The translations under genes were made by a program, and so were the position numbers. The notes below the pieces were generated by a model. The model was given only the letters and a program-made list of their open reading frames with translations. It ran no database searches and was not told the origin of the DNA. Of a stretch of 59,169 nt of DNA, positions 49,109 to 57,396 are shown in pieces (the stretch's first letter is position 1; the number at the start of each line of letters is the position of its first letter). Location of the stretch: NCBI GenBank assembly GCA_002352045.1, contig DEHT01000016.1:5265-64433 (forward strand). Reading direction: 5' to 3'. Source of the stretch: Chitinophagaceae bacterium UBA2793 (GTDB taxonomy: Bacteria > Bacteroidota > Bacteroidia > Chitinophagales > Chitinophagaceae).

Positions 49109-49708
49109 ATGATAGCCATTGACAATGTTTTAGTGAGCGACGAACTGGTAGAAGAAAAATTTGTATGCGACCTTACCGCATGCAAAGGTGCCTGCTGTGT
49201 AGATGGCGATGCTGGTGCTCCATTGGATAATAAAGAATTAAAAAACATTGATGCCGTTTTCAACAAAGTGCTTCCTTACCTCGATGATGAAAGCAAAGCA
49301 GAGCTAGAAAAACAAGGCCGATATGTGTATGATAAAGAGTTTGGCTGGGTAACACCCACTATAAACGGGGCTGTATGTGTTTATGCTATTAAAGAAAAAA
49401 GCGGATTAGTAAAATGTGGTATAGAGCAAGCTTATTTGGATGGAAAAGTAAAATGGAAAAAACCCATTAGCTGCCATTTGTTTCCGGTAATTGTAAAAAA
49501 AAGCAAAGATGGAATAACCGATTATGCCAACTATCGTCCAAGGGAAGACCATTGTAAAGCAGCCTGTACTCTTGGAAAAAAACTACAAGTTCCCGTATAT
49601 CAATTTTTAAAAGAGCCTTTAATACATAGGTTTGGCATTGATTTTTATGAAGCACTCGACGCAACGGCTCAATACATGAAAGAACAAAAGAAAGAAAACA
49701 AAGTATGA
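49109..49708 (+). CDS. Cys-rich hypothetical protein (DUF3109-like, from memory)
   Basis: 199 aa with cysteine clusters (CDLTACKGACCVDG, ...C..., ...CKAAC). Its stop overlaps the start of the next gene (ATGA). Confidence 0.55.
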   Translation: MIAIDNVLVSDELVEEKFVCDLTACKGACCVDGDAGAPLDNKELKNIDAVFNKVLPYLDDESKAELEKQGRYVYDKEFGWVTPTINGAVCVYAIKEKSGLVKCGIEQAYLDGKVKWKKPISCHLFPVIVKKSKDGITDYANYRPREDHCKAACTLGKKLQVPVYQFLKEPLIHRFGIDFYEALDATAQYMKEQKKENKV

Positions 49709-50517
49709 GAATCCTAATCAGCATTTCAGCCCTTGCAGGTTTATTATTTATAAATGCCTGTTCGGTAAACAAAGCCAAAATAAACGATCAGCTAAAAAAA
49801 TATTTCGATGCAAAAAATGTTGACGGCTGCTTTACTATGTTCAACAATAAAGATGGTTCGGTAATGGTGTACAATATGAAGATGGATACCATGCGTTTTA
49901 CACCTGCTTCATCATTTAAAATTGTAAATTCTTTAATTGCATTGGAAACAGGTATAGCGCCCAACGACAGCCTGGTGATTCCCTGGGATGGCATAAAAAG
50001 AAACAGGGCCGAATGGAATAAAAACATGAACATGCGGGAAGCATTTAAAACAAGCAATGTGCCTTACTACCAGGAAATTGCCCGCCGTATAGGTGCCGAT
50101 ACCATGAAACGCTGGATTGACAGCCTGGGCTATGGCAATCAAAACATCAGCGGTCAAATAGATTCTTTTTGGCTCAACAATAGTTTAAAAATATCTCCCG
50201 ATGAACAACTGGGTTTAATGAAGCGCCTGTATTTTGATCAGCTACCATTTCGCAAATCAACCATGGAAACGGTTCGAAATATGATGATACAGGAAGAAAA
50301 CACTTTATATAAACTTAGCTATAAAACAGGTTGGGGTTTTGATGAACAAAAGAACAATATTGGATGGGTTGTAGGCTACATTGAAGAAAATAGGCACGTT
50401 TATTTCTTTGTAACACTTATTAAATCTCCTGAACCAACTATTGATATGGCAAAAGTGAGAATGGATATCACTAAAGACATATTAAAAGAACTGGGCTTTT
50501 TTCTGGGGAAAATGTAA
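49705..50517 (+). CDS. Class D (OXA-type) beta-lactamase
   Basis: All class D landmarks are present in order: SSFK (S-x-x-K), SNV (S-x-V), YGN, the omega-loop FWL..SLKISPDEQ and KTG. It also has a lipoprotein/signal-like N-terminus (LLFINAC). Confidence 0.85.
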   Translation: MRILISISALAGLLFINACSVNKAKINDQLKKYFDAKNVDGCFTMFNNKDGSVMVYNMKMDTMRFTPASSFKIVNSLIALETGIAPNDSLVIPWDGIKRNRAEWNKNMNMREAFKTSNVPYYQEIARRIGADTMKRWIDSLGYGNQNISGQIDSFWLNNSLKISPDEQLGLMKRLYFDQLPFRKSTMETVRNMMIQEENTLYKLSYKTGWGFDEQKNNIGWVVGYIEENRHVYFFVTLIKSPEPTIDMAKVRMDITKDILKELGFFLGKM

Positions 50518-50572
50518 ACTATATTTTAACAGCAGCCCTGCCTTTAAGTATTTAACTTAGGGCAATTAAATT

Positions 50573-52207
50573 ATGCTTCAGTTTCAATACAATTTATTGT
50601 TGGCAGTATTAGCCCTGGTGCCTCTGGCAATTATTATGTACTTTTTTGCCCGCAGTAAAAAGAAAAAATCCATCAAGGCTATTGGCGATTCTCAATTGGT
50701 TGGTTATTTATTGAAGCAATACAATGCAAGAAGTTTTTTTCAAAAATTTTTATTGGTTACTGTTTCGCTCACCGCACTTATTTTGGCATTGGCAAATTTA
50801 CGCAGCCCCACCGGATCCGAAAAAGTAAATCGTGCAGGTATAGACGTTATGATTGCCATTGATGTAAGCAAAAGTATGCTTGCGCAGGATATCAGCCCTA
50901 CCCGACTTGACAGAGCCAAGCAAATGCTGGGACGACTGGTAGATAAATTAGGCAACGACCGTATAGGTATTGTAATTTTTGCCGGTAAAGCTTATTTGCA
51001 AATGCCCCTCACCGCCGATTTAGCTGCGGCCAAAATGTATCTCTCTTCTGCAAGTACACAATCGGTACCTACCCAGGGAACCGTTATTGGCGAAGCTTTA
51101 AAAATGTGCTTTGCATCTTTTGATAGTAAAGAAAAAAAATACAAAGCCGTAGTATTGGTAAGCGATGGCGAAGACCACGATGAAGAAGCCAATGATATAG
51201 CCGGCCAAATGTCATCAGAAGGAGTTGTAATTTACACGGTGGGTATTGGCTCCCCTGGAGGGTCACCCATTATAGATACCGAAACGGGTGAAATGAAAAA
51301 AGATGCTTTAGGTAATACCGTTATTTCAAAACTAAATGAAGATGGGTTGAAATCCATTGCTAAAAAAGGGAATGGAAAATATATGTTGTACAACAATACC
51401 GAATCGGTGGCAAATACTATATCTCATCAACTGGCAACAATGGATCAAAAAGTTGTGAAAGACGATTCCTTAACCAACTACCGAAGCTATTATCAATGGC
51501 TGTTGGCTCTTGCCCTGCTACTGTTGATTGCAGAATTATTTATCAGCGAAGTGAAAAACATCCGTGCTAAAAAACTTTTAAAACCTGCCATCAGTATTTT
51601 ATTAACAGTGCTTTCAATACCATGCTGGGCTCAATCGGATAAACAAGAAATAAAAAAGGGAAACGAGGCCTATGCAAAAAAAGAATACAAAACTGCCGCC
51701 ACAACTTATAATAAAGTAGCGCAGAAAAACCCCGAAAATGCAACTGCTCAATACAACCTGGGAAATGCATTGTACAAAGACAATAAAAAAACAGAAGCCA
51801 TTGCAGCTTATGATAAATCTATTAGTAAACTTAATAAACCTGTAGAAAAAAGTAACGCTTATTACAATAAGGCTGTGGTGCTGCACAATGAAAATAAATT
51901 GCCTGAATGTATAACCGCCTACAAAGAAGCCCTAAAGCTTGACCCCAACAATGAAGATGCCAGGCAAAACCTTCAAAAAGCTTTAAAGAAACAGAAAGAG
52001 CAACAACAAAAACAAAGAGACAAAAAAGAAGAACAAAAGCAGCAAAACAAAGAGCAACAACAAAAACCCAAACCCCAGCCAAGCAAACTAAATAAGCAGG
52101 AAGCAGAAGAGCGCTTAAAAGCACTCATGCAAAAAGAAAAAAACCTGCAGGACAAGCTGCATAAAGTAAACAGCAATTCGCCCAATAAGCCGGAGAAGGA
52201 TTGGTAG
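50573..52207 (+). CDS. Membrane-anchored VWA-domain protein fused to a TPR module with a Lys/Gln/Glu-rich tail (BatB-BatC-like fusion)
   Basis: Order along the protein: N-terminal TM helices, a VWA MIDAS motif (DVMIAIDVSKSM), a further TM helix, an internal signal-peptide-like stretch (LLTVLSIPCWAQ), TPR repeats, then a KQKEQQQKQRDKKEEQKQQ low-complexity tail. Confidence 0.75.
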   Translation: MLQFQYNLLLAVLALVPLAIIMYFFARSKKKKSIKAIGDSQLVGYLLKQYNARSFFQKFLLVTVSLTALILALANLRSPTGSEKVNRAGIDVMIAIDVSKSMLAQDISPTRLDRAKQMLGRLVDKLGNDRIGIVIFAGKAYLQMPLTADLAAAKMYLSSASTQSVPTQGTVIGEALKMCFASFDSKEKKYKAVVLVSDGEDHDEEANDIAGQMSSEGVVIYTVGIGSPGGSPIIDTETGEMKKDALGNTVISKLNEDGLKSIAKKGNGKYMLYNNTESVANTISHQLATMDQKVVKDDSLTNYRSYYQWLLALALLLLIAELFISEVKNIRAKKLLKPAISILLTVLSIPCWAQSDKQEIKKGNEAYAKKEYKTAATTYNKVAQKNPENATAQYNLGNALYKDNKKTEAIAAYDKSISKLNKPVEKSNAYYNKAVVLHNENKLPECITAYKEALKLDPNNEDARQNLQKALKKQKEQQQKQRDKKEEQKQQNKEQQQKPKPQPSKLNKQEAEERLKALMQKEKNLQDKLHKVNSNSPNKPEKDW

Positions 52208-52270
52208 GCCTTCCCTAAAATGCAGTAGCATAAATAAAATTGAACTCAATTTTTATTGTTCATTTCATTT

Positions 52271-52296
52271 TATCAAAATAAGTATCTATTTTGATA
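52271..52296. repeat. Perfect 10-bp inverted repeat in the AT-rich spacer upstream of the PLD gene
   Basis: TATCAAAATA-agtatc-TATTTTGATA. Confidence 0.6.
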
Positions 52297-52536
52297 CCGC
52301 TAATTTATTGCACTAAAAAACACTTTATCCTTTGCATTAATCCTAAGCATTTTTTTAAAAATAATAGCTTTATTCTTCTGCTATTGCTTTATCAAACACA
52401 GATGACTTAATGCTCGTTATTGTTTAAAAAATTGTCCCGATATCTTTCCAATAACCTTACGCTTTTACCTCTGAAATCTAAGGATACTTTTTTGTTTCTA
52501 CTGTACACATTATTCGTAAACCTAAAAATTATCACC

Positions 52537-54228
52537 ATGCGTAAAAGAGTAGTAAAAAATGGTGTTGCCGTAAACGCCATTGCAGGAACCTATGTAGTTT
52601 TTCTTGGGCTCAATATTGAGCCTGCTTTAAAAAAAGGATTTAGGGGTTTTGCCATTAAACGAGAAGATCATACCGAGGGCGAAGCCTATTGGCTTAGAGG
52701 GTTAAAAACTTTTGAAGCAGTAGTGCCTAATCCTTCACCTGGTGCCAGCTTTTCATCTTACGTTCATCCCATCCAAAGTTTTCAATGGGCCGATTATAGT
52801 GCGAAGCCGGCTCACCAATATACCTATACCATCCTTTGCATGTATGGCCAGGTAAATGATATAAAACCGAAGCGCCAGCTAACCGTAACTATTTCTACCG
52901 AAGTAGAAGTTATAGAAAATGGCCATTCGGTATTCTTTAACCGTGGTTCAGTAGCCACACAAGAATATGCCCGAAAGTTTCTAAATAAAAAACCAAAAGA
53001 TGCGGGGCCTGCTGCATACGCATGGCTATCAAGGGGTCTTTTAGAATCTATCATTCGCTTTATTGATAACACAAAAAAAGGTGATTCAATATTTGGTGCG
53101 GTGTATGAATTTCAATGGCCGGCGATTTATCTTGCACTTAAAAATGCTAAAAAAAGAGGTGTGAAAATTGATATTATTTATGATGGTATTGATAAGCCCG
53201 GCGGACCAAAAAAAAGAAACGAAAAAGGAATTGATGACGCCAATATAAAATCCATTACCGACCCCCGGAAAAATGGAAAATTAATGCACAATAAATTTTT
53301 GATTCACTCAAGAGGAGATAAAAATTTTTCGGTACTCACCGGCTCCACCAATCAAACCGAAAATGGAATTTACGGACACTCTAACCTGGTGCATATTGTA
53401 AATGATATCACTGTAGCAGATGCATATAAGGCATATTGGAAAATATTAAAAAAAGACCCCGAAGTAAAAGAGAGTTACAGGGAAGATAATATGCAGGCCT
53501 CACCCGTATTGGATACACTGCCCAAAGGAACTACTCCCATTTTTAGCCCAAGGGGAACAAAGCTTGATTCGCTCAACTGGTACGCTACGCTTGCTTCCGA
53601 AGCCAAGGGAGCATTGTTGATGACATTTGCTTTTGGTATGCATCAAAAATTTAAAGACGTCTATAATATGGACGACAATATTTTAAGAATGGCTTTAATG
53701 GAAAAAGCCTTTGCTCCCAGTTCAAAAGAAAAAGACACAAAGGATGTACAAAAAATAAGAAACCGAAAAAATGTAATAGTTGCTTTGGGCAATAGAATTG
53801 CAACCAATGCTTTTGACCGTTGGTTGAAAGAAATAGACCGAATAATTCCTCAGCTTCATGTTTATTGGATTCATACCAAATACATGATTGTAGATCCACT
53901 AAGTGCTAACCCCATCATTGTTTCGGGGAGTGCCAATTTTAGCAAAGCAAGTACCGATACCAACGATGAAAATATGCTGTTGGTTAAAGGCGATAAAAGG
54001 GTTGCCGATATTTACTTTGGCGAATACCTTCGACTTTTTGCACACTATAGTTTTAGAGAATCGGTAAAAAGGGCCCTTGATAAAAAAAAGATTGGAACTG
54101 CCGATGATTGGAAACCACAATTTCTCATAGCCGACGATTCGTGGATGGATGATTATTTTAATGAAAACAACGATAAAACTGCAAGATTTGCCCGAAGGGC
54201 TTATTTCTCAGGGCCAATGTCGGAATAG
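52537..54228 (+). CDS. Phospholipase D / nuclease superfamily protein with two HKD-type motifs and an unassigned N-terminal domain
   Basis: I chose the ATG at 52537 (MRKRVVKNG...); the track's TTG at 52420 adds an implausible 39 aa. Motif 1 is HNKFLIHS...TGSTN (His codon at 53287). Motif 2 is HTKYMIVD...SGSANF (His codon at 53872). The first ~150 aa are beta-rich and contain no motif I recognise. Confidence 0.85.
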   Translation: MRKRVVKNGVAVNAIAGTYVVFLGLNIEPALKKGFRGFAIKREDHTEGEAYWLRGLKTFEAVVPNPSPGASFSSYVHPIQSFQWADYSAKPAHQYTYTILCMYGQVNDIKPKRQLTVTISTEVEVIENGHSVFFNRGSVATQEYARKFLNKKPKDAGPAAYAWLSRGLLESIIRFIDNTKKGDSIFGAVYEFQWPAIYLALKNAKKRGVKIDIIYDGIDKPGGPKKRNEKGIDDANIKSITDPRKNGKLMHNKFLIHSRGDKNFSVLTGSTNQTENGIYGHSNLVHIVNDITVADAYKAYWKILKKDPEVKESYREDNMQASPVLDTLPKGTTPIFSPRGTKLDSLNWYATLASEAKGALLMTFAFGMHQKFKDVYNMDDNILRMALMEKAFAPSSKEKDTKDVQKIRNRKNVIVALGNRIATNAFDRWLKEIDRIIPQLHVYWIHTKYMIVDPLSANPIIVSGSANFSKASTDTNDENMLLVKGDKRVADIYFGEYLRLFAHYSFRESVKRALDKKKIGTADDWKPQFLIADDSWMDDYFNENNDKTARFARRAYFSGPMSE

Positions 54229-54249
54229 AATTTTCCGAACAAATAAGTA

Positions 54250-54289
54250 CAATGTTGAGTGGCTGTTAATAGTCAGCCATTCAACATTG
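54250..54289 (+). terminator. Strong hairpin immediately after the PLD gene
   Basis: CAATGTTGAGTGGCTG-ttaatagt-CAGCCATTCAACATTG is a 16-bp stem with one G.T pair. It starts 22 nt after the stop. Confidence 0.6.
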
Positions 54290-54346
54290 CGCATCTCAAT
54301 CTTTTATTACAGCCGTATTTTAATCTTTTAAAAAAACCTTTAGCAT

Positions 54347-54354
54347 TAACTTTG
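54347..54354 (+). promoter_or_regulatory. Candidate -7 promoter box (TAnnTTTG) for ispG
   Basis: TAACTTTG lies 24 nt upstream of the ATG at 54379. Confidence 0.35.
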
Positions 54355-54378
54355 CTTTCCAATTCATTTTTAAGATTT

Positions 54379-56355
54379 ATGCAATTTTATACGGCATCTC
54401 TAAGTCAATACAAAAGATTAAAAACCCGTGAGGTAAAAATAGGCAAGCTTTTATTGGGTGCTGGCAATCCTATTCGGGTACAAACCATGACCACCACCGA
54501 TACCATGGACACCGAAGCAACGGTGGCTCAAAGCATCCGTTGTATTGAAGCCGGTGCCGAAATGGTTCGCATTACAGCTCCATCAAAAAAAGAAGCAGAA
54601 AATTTACAGGCTATCAAAGACCTGTTGCAAAAAAAAGGTTATTCCACGCCGTTAGTTGCCGATATACATTTTACGCCCAATGCAGCAGAAATTGCAGCGA
54701 AAATAATTGAGAAGGTTAGGGTGAACCCGGGCAATTATGTTGACAAAAAAAAGTTTGAACAAATTGAATATACCGATGCAGCATATGCGGCCGAAATTGA
54801 AAGAATAAGGGAGCGCTTTACACCTTTGGTTAAAATTTGTAAAGAGCAAGGTACTGCCATGCGTATTGGCACCAATCATGGAAGCCTCAGCGACCGCATT
54901 ATGAGCCGATATGGCGATACTGCTATTGGCATGGTGGAAAGTGCTATGGAATTTTTACGCATTGCCCGCAGTGAAGATTATCACAATATTGTGCTAAGCA
55001 TGAAAAGCAGCAATCCCTTAGTGATGGTGCAAGCTTATCGTTTGCTTATACAACACATGATGGCTGAATTTGGAGAATGTTATCCTTTGCACTTAGGGGT
55101 TACCGAAGCCGGCGATGGCGAAGATGGAAGAATTAAATCGGCTATCGGCATTGGAACTTTATTGCAGGATGGAATTGGCGATACCATTCGGGTAAGCCTA
55201 ACCGAAGACCCTGAATTTGAAATTCCCGTTTGTATGGATTTGGTTAAAAGTTTGCCTGCCACTTCTTCCACGGTGGAAGAATCAGCGGAGATAAAACTGC
55301 CTTACTCTCCTTTTGAATATAAAAGAAGAACTACCAATGCCGTACTAAACATTGGCGGAAAATATGTGCCGGTAGTAGTTGCCGACTTTATGCAACATGG
55401 AGAAATTACTACAAATAATTTTGAAACCATTGGCTATAACTATAACGGAGCAACCGATAAATGGAATATTGCAGATGCGGCTGCCGACTTAATTTATACC
55501 GGAAAGAAAAGAATCAATTTCGAATTACCGGGTACCCTTTCGGTATTAATAGATTATAGTGAATGGCAATCGGTAAAGGACAATGAAAAATATTTTCCCT
55601 TATTTCAGGGTAATGAATATTTGAAAGCTTCGGAAAAATCTTCAAAGCTGAATTTTGTAGCAATAGATAGCAATACCAATAACGATGCAGTAATTGCTGC
55701 CATTAAAAACGATGCTACAGTTGTATTGTGTGTGTATTCATCTGCAAGCAACGCCATGCAATCGGTGCGTAGTTTTATTGCCAACCTGATGCAACAAAAC
55801 ATTTGTTGCCCGGTAATTATTGCCGTGGAAAGTATGCATACTTCTATTGATGAACAACTCATACATTTTAGTGTAAATGCTGGTGCTTTGTTTTTAGATG
55901 GTATGGGTGATGGTATTTGGCTTATGAACGACCCGTCAAAAATCATTAACAAAGAAGTAAGCGGCAGAACATATTTACCCACTAAAAACAATCATCAATT
56001 TTTAAACAACACTTCGTTTTCAATTTTACAGGCAGTACGCACCCGCATTTCTAAAACAGAATACATAAGTTGCCCAAGCTGTGGAAGAACCTTGTTTGAC
56101 CTACAGGAAACCACGGCTAAAATTCGCAATGTAACCAACCATTTAAAAGGGTTGAAAATTGCCATTATGGGTTGTATTGTAAACGGTCCCGGCGAAATGG
56201 CCGATGCCGACTTTGGTTATGTAGGCAGCGGCCCCGGAAAAATTACTTTGTACAAAGGCAAAGAAGTAGTGAAACGAAATATCAACAGCGAAATAGCCGT
56301 AGATGAATTAATTAATTTACTCAAAGAAAACGATGCTTGGGTGGAGCCGGGGTAA
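54379..56355 (+). CDS. ispG: Long-form 4-hydroxy-3-methylbut-2-enyl diphosphate synthase
   Basis: GNPIRVQTMTTTDT and the Fe-S ligand motifs CPSCGRT and GCIVNGPGE. It carries the ~270-aa insert domain typical of the Bacteroidota/Chlamydia/plant type. I chose the ATG at 54379; the track start at 54259 overlaps the upstream terminator. Confidence 0.9.
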   Translation: MQFYTASLSQYKRLKTREVKIGKLLLGAGNPIRVQTMTTTDTMDTEATVAQSIRCIEAGAEMVRITAPSKKEAENLQAIKDLLQKKGYSTPLVADIHFTPNAAEIAAKIIEKVRVNPGNYVDKKKFEQIEYTDAAYAAEIERIRERFTPLVKICKEQGTAMRIGTNHGSLSDRIMSRYGDTAIGMVESAMEFLRIARSEDYHNIVLSMKSSNPLVMVQAYRLLIQHMMAEFGECYPLHLGVTEAGDGEDGRIKSAIGIGTLLQDGIGDTIRVSLTEDPEFEIPVCMDLVKSLPATSSTVEESAEIKLPYSPFEYKRRTTNAVLNIGGKYVPVVVADFMQHGEITTNNFETIGYNYNGATDKWNIADAAADLIYTGKKRINFELPGTLSVLIDYSEWQSVKDNEKYFPLFQGNEYLKASEKSSKLNFVAIDSNTNNDAVIAAIKNDATVVLCVYSSASNAMQSVRSFIANLMQQNICCPVIIAVESMHTSIDEQLIHFSVNAGALFLDGMGDGIWLMNDPSKIINKEVSGRTYLPTKNNHQFLNNTSFSILQAVRTRISKTEYISCPSCGRTLFDLQETTAKIRNVTNHLKGLKIAIMGCIVNGPGEMADADFGYVGSGPGKITLYKGKEVVKRNINSEIAVDELINLLKENDAWVEPG

Positions 56356-56382
56356 TGCTGATTAGAATGTTTTTCATCCTTG
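56226..56382 (+). repeat. Direct repeat copy 1: the last 127 coding nt of ispG, the TAA stop and 27 nt beyond it
   Basis: Aligns without gaps to 58458-58614 at an offset of 2232 bp, with 149/157 identical. The first 67 nt are identical. Confidence 0.95.
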
Positions 56383-56574
56383 TAGTACTGTATTCTTAGC
56401 CTTAGTTGTTCTGCTTCAACTGTTTTCACAGGCAGCATAAAAATTATTAAATGAAGTTGGCAACATCTTCGTTTTCGAATGAAAGATGTGTTGTGGTATT
56501 GTGGCAAAATAATGGGATACCCCGATTCGAAAAAAATGTTTTTCTCCTAAGAGAATAAATTATTATTAATAGAA

Positions 56575-57261
56575 ATGAATTATCATATTGATGAAAAAAA
56601 AATTTGCAATTTGATGTTATCATTAGCATGGCTGATGATGTTTTCCTGTGAAAGTAAAAAAAAGGAAATCAATACATCCAACTCATTAGAATTTGATATT
56701 GACACATTCGTTCAGGATATTCCCAGGGAGAAAAATGGAGACTTTGATTTTGCCTACCGAACAAAAGATACAATCGAAAAAAGAGTTGGATTGATTGACC
56801 TTTCAAAAGGATACGATTCTGTTTTTATCCGTTTGTACTATTCCTACTCTTTGTCAGAAATTTCCCAAATGGTAGAAATATTCTATGATAAAAAAATTGA
56901 AAGCTGGCAGTCTAAAATTCACACCCTTTTATTTGAATATTCAACCAATGGAGACTCACTTATTAATGTGAAGGATAGTGTGGTTCAAGCTTCGCCAAAA
57001 TCGGGTTGGCAGGTAATGATGAAAAAATTGAATTCATTCGATATGATTGATTTGCCGGATTGTAGTATGCTTGAGAACTATGCTTTACCAATGGATGGCG
57101 ATGGGGTTATGGTACAAGTAGCAACAAATAAAAAGTACAGGATGTATTCTTACACAATGCCAGTGTTATATAAAAACTTAATTCCTGAAGCAAAAAAAAT
57201 GTATAAAATTCTTTATGTAATACAAGATGAACTTGGTTTCAAACAAATTGGAGAGATGTAG
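56575..57261 (+). CDS. Hypothetical lipoprotein (cargo gene 1)
   Basis: Lipobox-like LAWLMMFSC near the N-terminus. An alternative ATG lies at 56614. I recognised no family motif. Confidence 0.55.
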   Translation: MNYHIDEKKICNLMLSLAWLMMFSCESKKKEINTSNSLEFDIDTFVQDIPREKNGDFDFAYRTKDTIEKRVGLIDLSKGYDSVFIRLYYSYSLSEISQMVEIFYDKKIESWQSKIHTLLFEYSTNGDSLINVKDSVVQASPKSGWQVMMKKLNSFDMIDLPDCSMLENYALPMDGDGVMVQVATNKKYRMYSYTMPVLYKNLIPEAKKMYKILYVIQDELGFKQIGEM

Positions 57262-57396
57262 AATATGTTTGCAGCAACAGCCCCAATGCCTGTGTAAATT
57301 AAAATATGTATGTAAAAAGGCATGTTGCTTTTAGAATAAGGCAAAATTCTTATTTTTATTACAACATGTCTTTATTTAAAATTAGCTTATTTGATT

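Noticed and set aside
51614-52185. Three antisense ORFs (90, 97 and 70 aa; Cys/Phe/Leu-rich) opposite the 3' end of the VWA-TPR gene
   Set aside because: They mirror the A/G-rich K/Q/E low-complexity coding tract, which has no stop codons on the complementary strand.
52420-52536. 39-aa N-terminal extension of the PLD ORF from a TTG start
   Set aside because: The extension is hydrophobic and irregular and lies in the AT-rich spacer. A clean ATG (52537) follows it, at MRKRVVKNG.
54259-54378. 40-aa N-terminal extension of ispG in the ORF track
   Set aside because: It would be translated through the 16-bp terminator hairpin and the candidate -7 box. The conserved IspG sequence starts just after the ATG at 54379.
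56217-56629. - strand ORFs of 96 and 60 aa across the ispG end and insert junction
   Set aside because: One overlaps the conserved ispG C-terminus in antisense. Both are AT-rich and of low complexity and have no plausible start context.
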